Shown here in pieces: positions 59,135 through 64,000 of a stretch of DNA of 64,000 nt. Numbering within the stretch: position 1 is the stretch's first letter; the number at the start of each line of letters is the position of its first letter. Both the position numbers and the translations under genes were made by a program. This DNA is from an uncultured delta proteobacterium. GTDB taxonomy: Bacteria; Myxococcota_A; Polyangia; Polyangiales; Polyangiaceae. The notes below the pieces were generated by a model. That model saw only the letters and a list, made by a program, of their open reading frames with translations. It searched no databases and was not told the origin of the DNA. The stretch spans positions 1,408,001 through 1,472,000 of the forward strand of contig CAWJCS010000006.1 of NCBI GenBank assembly GCA_963841435.1, read 5' to 3'.

Positions 59135-61108
59135 ATGGACGACTTCGAAAAGGCGGTGCACACGATTCAATTTCTGTCGGCGGACGCCGTCGAGAAGGCG
59201 GGCGCGGGGCACCCCGGGACGCCGATGGCGCTCGCGGGCATCACCGTCAACATTTTCACGCGGTACCTCCGCTACGACCCGACCACGCCCGATTGGCCCA
59301 ACCGTGATCGTTTCGTGCTCTCCTGCGGGCACGCGTCGATGCTGCTCTACTCGGTGTTGCATCTCGCCGGGTACGACCTCCCACTCTCCGAGCTGCAGGC
59401 CTTCCGGCAATGGGGCTCGAAGACGCCGGGACACCCCGAGCACGGCCTAACGCCCGGCGTCGAAACCACGACGGGCCCGCTCGGACAGGGCGTCGGCAAC
59501 GCCGTCGGGTTCGCGCTCGCCAGCAAGCTGGCCGGCGCCAGGCTGAACCAGCCCGGTTCCGAGGTCTTCGACTATCGCGTGTTCGCTCTGGCTTCGGACG
59601 GCGACCTCATGGAGGGCGTTTCGGGCGAGGCCTCGAGCATCGCGGGCCACCTCGGGGTCAACAATCTCGTCGTCGTCTACGACGACAACAAGATCACGAT
59701 CGACGGCAGCACGGACCTCTCCTTCAGCGAGGACGTCGCGAAGCGTTACGAGGCCTACGGCTGGTCCGTCCAGCGCGTCGACGGACATGCGCCCGACCAG
59801 GTTAGAAAGGCCCTCGATGCGGCCGTCGCGCACCGCGGCTCGCCGTCGCTGATCCTCGCGCGCACGATCATCGGCATCGGAGCGCCCACGAAGGCCGGCA
59901 CGAGCAAGGCGCACGGTGCTCCGCTCGGCCGCGAGGAGATCGACGGCGCCAAGCGCGCTTGCGGCTGGCCGCTCGAGCAATTCTTCGTCGCACCGGAAGC
60001 TCGTGCGCTCTTCGCGAAGCGCGCCGCCGAAAATCGTCCGCTCCGCGAGGCGTGGGAGAAGCTCGCGCGTGGGCTCACGGGTGAGCGCGCCGCCCTGTAC
60101 CAGAAGCTCACGACGCGCGCGGTGCCCGACAACCTGTATGCGGAGCTGCTCGCGGTCGCCCGGACACTCAAGCCCGACGCCACGCGCAGCTCCGGCGCCG
60201 CCGTCGAGCAGAAGGCCGCGGCGCTCGTGCCCGCCCTCGTCGGCGGGGCCGCCGACCTCGCGGAGTCCACCAAAACGACCATCAAGGGCTCCCCCGACAT
60301 CAAGCGCGGCGAGTTCGCCGGCCGAAATTTCAATTTCGGCATCCGGGAGCACGGCATGGCAGCCATCCTGAATGGCCTCGCGCTCTCGGGCCTGTTCGTC
60401 CCGTTCGGCTCGAGCTTCCTCATCTTCACCGACTACTGCCGCCCGTCGATCCGCCTGTCCGCGCTGATGGAGCAGCAGGTCATTTACGTCTTCACGCACG
60501 ACTCCGTGTTCCTCGGCGAGGACGGCCCCACTCATCAGCCCGTCGAGCAGCTCGCCTCGCTACGGCTGATCCCGAACCTCGACGTGGTCCGCCCAGCGGA
60601 CGCGCTCGAGTGTGCCGCCGCGTGGACGTACGCACTCACGCGCCGGCACGGCCCCACGCTCATCGCGCTGAGCCGCCACAAGTTGCCCGCGCTCGAGCGC
60701 CCCGACGGCTTCGACACGGCGCGCATGCTCGACGGGGCGTACGTCCTTTCGGACGCCGACAAACCCGAGGTCGTCATGATCGCGACGGGGAGCGAGGTAT
60801 CGGCTGCCGTCGCCGCGAAGAAGCTGCTCGAAGAAAAGGGGCGGCGTGTGCGGATCGTGAGCGCGCCCTGCGTTCAGGCGTTCGAGCGCATGCCGCCCGA
60901 AAAGCGCGCGGCGATGCTGCCGTCGGGGCCACTGCTCGTTTCGGTGGAAGCCGGGCGAACCATGGGGTTTGCGGCGCTGACGGGGCCCTCGGGTCTGAAC
61001 ATCGGTGTCGATCGCTTTGGCGCTTCCGCCCCCTGGGAACGTCTGGCCGTCGAGTTCGGGCTCACGGGCGAAGCCATCGCGGCGCGCGTCCTGGAGCGTC
61101 TCACGTGA
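59135..61108 (+). CDS. tkt: Transketolase
   Basis: GHPG.PM, RDRFVLS.GH, TPGHPE, TTGPLGQG, DGDLMEG, FGIREH, GEDGPTHQP. Confidence 0.97.
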   Translation: MDDFEKAVHTIQFLSADAVEKAGAGHPGTPMALAGITVNIFTRYLRYDPTTPDWPNRDRFVLSCGHASMLLYSVLHLAGYDLPLSELQAFRQWGSKTPGHPEHGLTPGVETTTGPLGQGVGNAVGFALASKLAGARLNQPGSEVFDYRVFALASDGDLMEGVSGEASSIAGHLGVNNLVVVYDDNKITIDGSTDLSFSEDVAKRYEAYGWSVQRVDGHAPDQVRKALDAAVAHRGSPSLILARTIIGIGAPTKAGTSKAHGAPLGREEIDGAKRACGWPLEQFFVAPEARALFAKRAAENRPLREAWEKLARGLTGERAALYQKLTTRAVPDNLYAELLAVARTLKPDATRSSGAAVEQKAAALVPALVGGAADLAESTKTTIKGSPDIKRGEFAGRNFNFGIREHGMAAILNGLALSGLFVPFGSSFLIFTDYCRPSIRLSALMEQQVIYVFTHDSVFLGEDGPTHQPVEQLASLRLIPNLDVVRPADALECAAAWTYALTRRHGPTLIALSRHKLPALERPDGFDTARMLDGAYVLSDADKPEVVMIATGSEVSAAVAAKKLLEEKGRRVRIVSAPCVQAFERMPPEKRAAMLPSGPLLVSVEAGRTMGFAALTGPSGLNIGVDRFGASAPWERLAVEFGLTGEAIAARVLERLT

Positions 61109-61464
61109 CACTGCCCGTCGTGCTCGTTCCTCACCCGCACGTGCGGGTCGAGCAGAGCGTGCTCGGCGGCAGCCCCTACGTCGTCGGCTCGCGCGTCCCC
61201 GTGCGCCGCCTGTTCAGCTTCTTCGAAAGTGGTGCCAGCGTGGAGCGCATTCTCAAGCGCTACCCGCAGCTCGGTGCAGCCAAGGTGCTCGACGCGCTCG
61301 CCTTTGCGCTCGACAATCCCGAGGTGATCGAGGCGGACGCGCGACGCGAGCACGAAATCCTCGCGCGTGCGGGTCACAAGCCCAAAAAGCAGGGCGACGG
61401 TTCTGCGCAGATCGAGCTGCCGTTCGCGTCACCCTCGCGCACGGGCCCGGCGAGCCGAGGCTGA
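61105..61464 (+). CDS. DUF433 domain protein
   Basis: VLGG.P.V.GSRVPV, G.S.E.IL..YP.L....V.DALAF; GTGA overlap with tkt. Confidence 0.85.
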   Translation: MTLPVVLVPHPHVRVEQSVLGGSPYVVGSRVPVRRLFSFFESGASVERILKRYPQLGAAKVLDALAFALDNPEVIEADARREHEILARAGHKPKKQGDGSAQIELPFASPSRTGPASRG

Positions 61465-61552
61465 TTTCGGCTGCCCGGCACCCGAAAAACCGGGCTCAAA
61501 GCGAGACGCCGGCTTTCAACTACTGGATTTAACTGACTTTTCATCGCTTCGA

Positions 61553-61581
61553 TTCACAAGTGCCGCTCTGCCGAGTAGGTT
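61553..61581 (+). promoter_or_regulatory. Sigma70-like promoter for the Cys-rich lipoprotein
   Basis: TTCACA-N17-TAGGTT with an AT-rich upstream tract, then a 5' hairpin and GGAGGAGG RBS. Confidence 0.5.
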
Positions 61582-61636
61582 GCCCCCTCAACCGAGCTGC
61601 CTAACCCAATTGGGGCGGCACGGAGGAGGATTCAAC

Positions 61637-62944
61637 ATGCGTCCCAATCGTGGTCAGAGAGTTGGTGGAGCCGTCATTGCAGCGATGCTTCTCGCGTCGC
61701 CGTTGTTGATGGACTGCGGCAAGAAAGGCGCCGGGGGAGGTCCCGCCATTCCGGGTGCCGACAACCTTCCGGGTGGCGGTGCGCTGCCAGGAGGTTGCCC
61801 CGCCAACATCGCTGACGCCGAGGCCGTTATGTCGGCAAACTTCGGCCTAGAAGGTGAGCTCGAAGGCAAGGTCAAGGCTGCGCTCTCGGCAGGCGCCACG
61901 CTGCAGGGCATCGCCGCGGATCTCGAGGCCGAGGTCGCGATGGCGTGCGGCAACCTGGCAAAGGATCTCGGCGCCACCGACGCCGACCTCGCTCCGAAGG
62001 AAGACGGCCCGGGCAAGAAGGCGGAAGCCGCTTGCATGGCTGCCTCGAAGTTCGTCGGCGATCTCAAGGCGAAGGCCAAGGGCAGCCTCAAGGTCGAGAT
62101 CAAGCCGCCGCGCTGTTCGGCATCCATGAACGCCATGGCCGAATGCGCTGGAAAGTGCGACGCAACCGTGAAACCCGGCTCCGCGAAGGTGGAGTGCGAG
62201 GGTGGCAAGATCAGCGGCGAGTGCTCCGGCAAGTGCGAGGGCGAGTGTGCCGTTCAGGCCGGCGCCAAGTGCGAGGGAAGCTGCAGCGGCAGCTGCACCG
62301 GTGAGTGCTCCGGTGACATCTCCGGCAAGTGTGACGGCACCTGCGAAGGCAAGTGCGACGGCAAGGACACCAAGGGCAAGTGCGCCGGCACCTGCGACGG
62401 TAAGTGCAAGGGCAAGGCCACCGCGAGCTGCAGCGGTACCTGCAAGGGCACCTGCAGTGCCAGCTGCACGGTCCAGGCCAAGGGCGAGTGCAAGGGCGAG
62501 TGCTCCGGCAAGTGCAACGTCGAGATGAAGGCGCCGAAGTGCAGCGGCGAGGTCAAGCCGCCGGAGATGAGCGCCGAGTGCAAGGCGAACTGCAACGCCG
62601 AGGTGAACGCGAAGCTCGAGTGCACCCCGGCTTCGGTCATGGCCAAGGTCGAAGGTTCGGCGGACGCTCAGGCGGCTGCCAAGCTCAAGGCCGCACTCAC
62701 CAAGGACCTGCCCGCCATCCTCAAGGTCTCGATGGGCATGAAGGGCAAGCTCGAGGGCGTGGTCGGCAGCGTGAAGGCCGGCCTCGAGGGCGGCAAAGCA
62801 GCGATCACCTCGGGTGGTGACGCGGCGCTCAAGGTCGGCGCCTGCTTCGCCGCGTCGATTGACGCCCAGGCGAAGGCGGCGGTTTCGATCGACGTGTCGG
62901 TGAAGGCGAGCGCTTCGGCGAGCGCCTCCGCCAGCGCCGGCTGA
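61637..62944 (+). CDS. Cys-rich (CxGx-repeat) probable lipoprotein
   Basis: Strong RBS, signal peptide ending LLMD-C, 33 Cys counted by hand, own terminator. Confidence 0.85.
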   Translation: MRPNRGQRVGGAVIAAMLLASPLLMDCGKKGAGGGPAIPGADNLPGGGALPGGCPANIADAEAVMSANFGLEGELEGKVKAALSAGATLQGIAADLEAEVAMACGNLAKDLGATDADLAPKEDGPGKKAEAACMAASKFVGDLKAKAKGSLKVEIKPPRCSASMNAMAECAGKCDATVKPGSAKVECEGGKISGECSGKCEGECAVQAGAKCEGSCSGSCTGECSGDISGKCDGTCEGKCDGKDTKGKCAGTCDGKCKGKATASCSGTCKGTCSASCTVQAKGECKGECSGKCNVEMKAPKCSGEVKPPEMSAECKANCNAEVNAKLECTPASVMAKVEGSADAQAAAKLKAALTKDLPAILKVSMGMKGKLEGVVGSVKAGLEGGKAAITSGGDAALKVGACFAASIDAQAKAAVSIDVSVKASASASASASAG

Positions 62945-62960
62945 GCCCCACAGCGGTCGT

Positions 62961-63006
62961 ACGGCCCGTTTCGGCGCTCGGCGCCGGAGCGGGCCGTCGG
63001 CTTTTT
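62961..63006 (+). terminator. Intrinsic terminator
   Basis: acggcccgtttcggcgc-tcg-gcgccggagcgggccgt followed by cttttt. Confidence 0.8.
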
Positions 63007-63026
63007 GTGCTCCCCGGGCGGAGGCT

Positions 63027-63998
63027 TCAGCCCGCCACGGAAGCCACGTCGCGGCGGGCGGCCTCGGCCATTTCCTCGACCATCGCTTTGAGCACATCGG
63101 GGTCGGGGCCTTCGAGCATCAGGCGGAGCTTGGGCTCCGTGCCGCTCCAGCGCACGAGCACGCGTCCACCGTCGCCGAGCTTGGCCTCGGCGTCGGCGAT
63201 GCGACGCGTGAGCTCCGCCATCTCCGCGAGGGGGCGGCGCGCCGCGAGCTTCACGCTCTCGAGCACCTGCGGCACGCGCTCCATCGAGCGCGCGAGCTCG
63301 CTGAGCGGGCGCGCCTCACGAAGCATGATGGCGAGCACCTGCAGCGCCGCGACGATGCCGTCGCCCGTGGTGGCGTGCTCGGCGAACACCAGATGCCCCG
63401 ACTGTTCGCCGCCGAACGTGAGGCCGTCACGGCGCATTTCTTCGACGACGTAGCGATCCCCGACGGCCGTCCGCCGTAGCTTCGCTCCCGCCGCTGCGAG
63501 CGCCCGCTCGAGCCCCATGTTGCTCATTACGGTTGCGACGACGACGCCCTTCGCGAGTCGCCCGGCGCGCTGCATGCGCGTGCCGCAGAGCGCCATGACG
63601 GCATCTCCGTCGACGATTTCGCCCCGCTCGTCCACGAAGATCACGCGGTCGGCGTCGCCGTCGAGAGCCACGCCGAGGTGGGCTTTGCGCTTCTTCACTT
63701 CGCCTGCCACGTGCGCCGGATGGAGCGCGCCGCACGCGCGATTGATGTTGAGCCCGTTCGGCCGGCAGCCGATCGCCGTGACCTCCGCACCGAGCTCGGC
63801 GAGCACGGCAGGCGCGACACGGTAGGCGGCGCCGTGCGCCGCATCCACGACGATGTTGAGGCCGTGCAGCGTGAGCTCGCGCGGGAAGGTGCCCTTGGCG
63901 TAAACGACATAGCGCCCGAAGGCGTCGTCGAGCCGCTCGGCGCGTCCGACGCCGCTGCCGCTCGAGCCGAGCCCCACGAGCTTGGGATCGGACATCAA
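63027..63998 (-). CDS. glmM: Phosphoglucosamine mutase, 5'-partial
   Basis: D.AHGA.Y, PNG.NIN..CG, DGDADR, TVMSN.G, VGDRYV, GGEQSGH, TGDG, R.SGTEP. Confidence 0.95.
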   Translation of the reverse strand: MMSDPKLVGLGSSGSGVGRAERLDDAFGRYVVYAKGTFPRELTLHGLNIVVDAAHGAAYRVAPAVLAELGAEVTAIGCRPNGLNINRACGALHPAHVAGEVKKRKAHLGVALDGDADRVIFVDERGEIVDGDAVMALCGTRMQRAGRLAKGVVVATVMSNMGLERALAAAGAKLRRTAVGDRYVVEEMRRDGLTFGGEQSGHLVFAEHATTGDGIVAALQVLAIMLREARPLSELARSMERVPQVLESVKLAARRPLAEMAELTRRIADAEAKLGDGGRVLVRWSGTEPKLRLMLEGPDPDVLKAMVEEMAEAARRDVASVAG

Positions 63999-64000
63999 CG

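Noticed and set aside
61465-61636. Possible riboswitch in the leader of the Cys-rich gene
   Set aside because: Hairpins are present but no known consensus could be matched by eye; an Rfam search would be needed.

Overview
High-GC window that looks like a myxobacterium (Polyangiaceae/Sorangiineae-like; inferred from the gene families present). Housekeeping blocks: a classical menaquinone operon (menG-F-D-H-B-A-C-E) led by a GbsR/MarR-type regulator; an Rrf2-cysK-E1-sulfur carrier-cysM-JAB cysteine cluster; and fadD, miaB, thiS, argC, hisS, ruvX, mltG, tkt and glmM. Many uncharacterised lipoproteins and outer-membrane proteins lie between them. One small accessory islet (about 7064-9272) holds an IS21 remnant and a secreted-protein pair, bracketed by a ~450-bp duplication of a thioesterase gene. 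Two observations stand out. (1) The MoeB/ThiF E1 enzyme appears split into a catalytic subunit lacking the N-terminal RYxRQ arm and a separate, translationally coupled 93-aa protein that carries it, like eukaryotic heterodimeric E1s. (2) A lipoprotein has 28 central cysteines with perfectly mirror-symmetric spacing, implying a long disulfide-laddered hairpin. Six single-base +1 frameshifts (menE, menC, menB, miaB and two others) are probably sequencing errors and create false fusions in the ORF track. No rRNA, tRNA or CRISPR array was recognised. All assignments come from motif recognition by eye; no searches were run.
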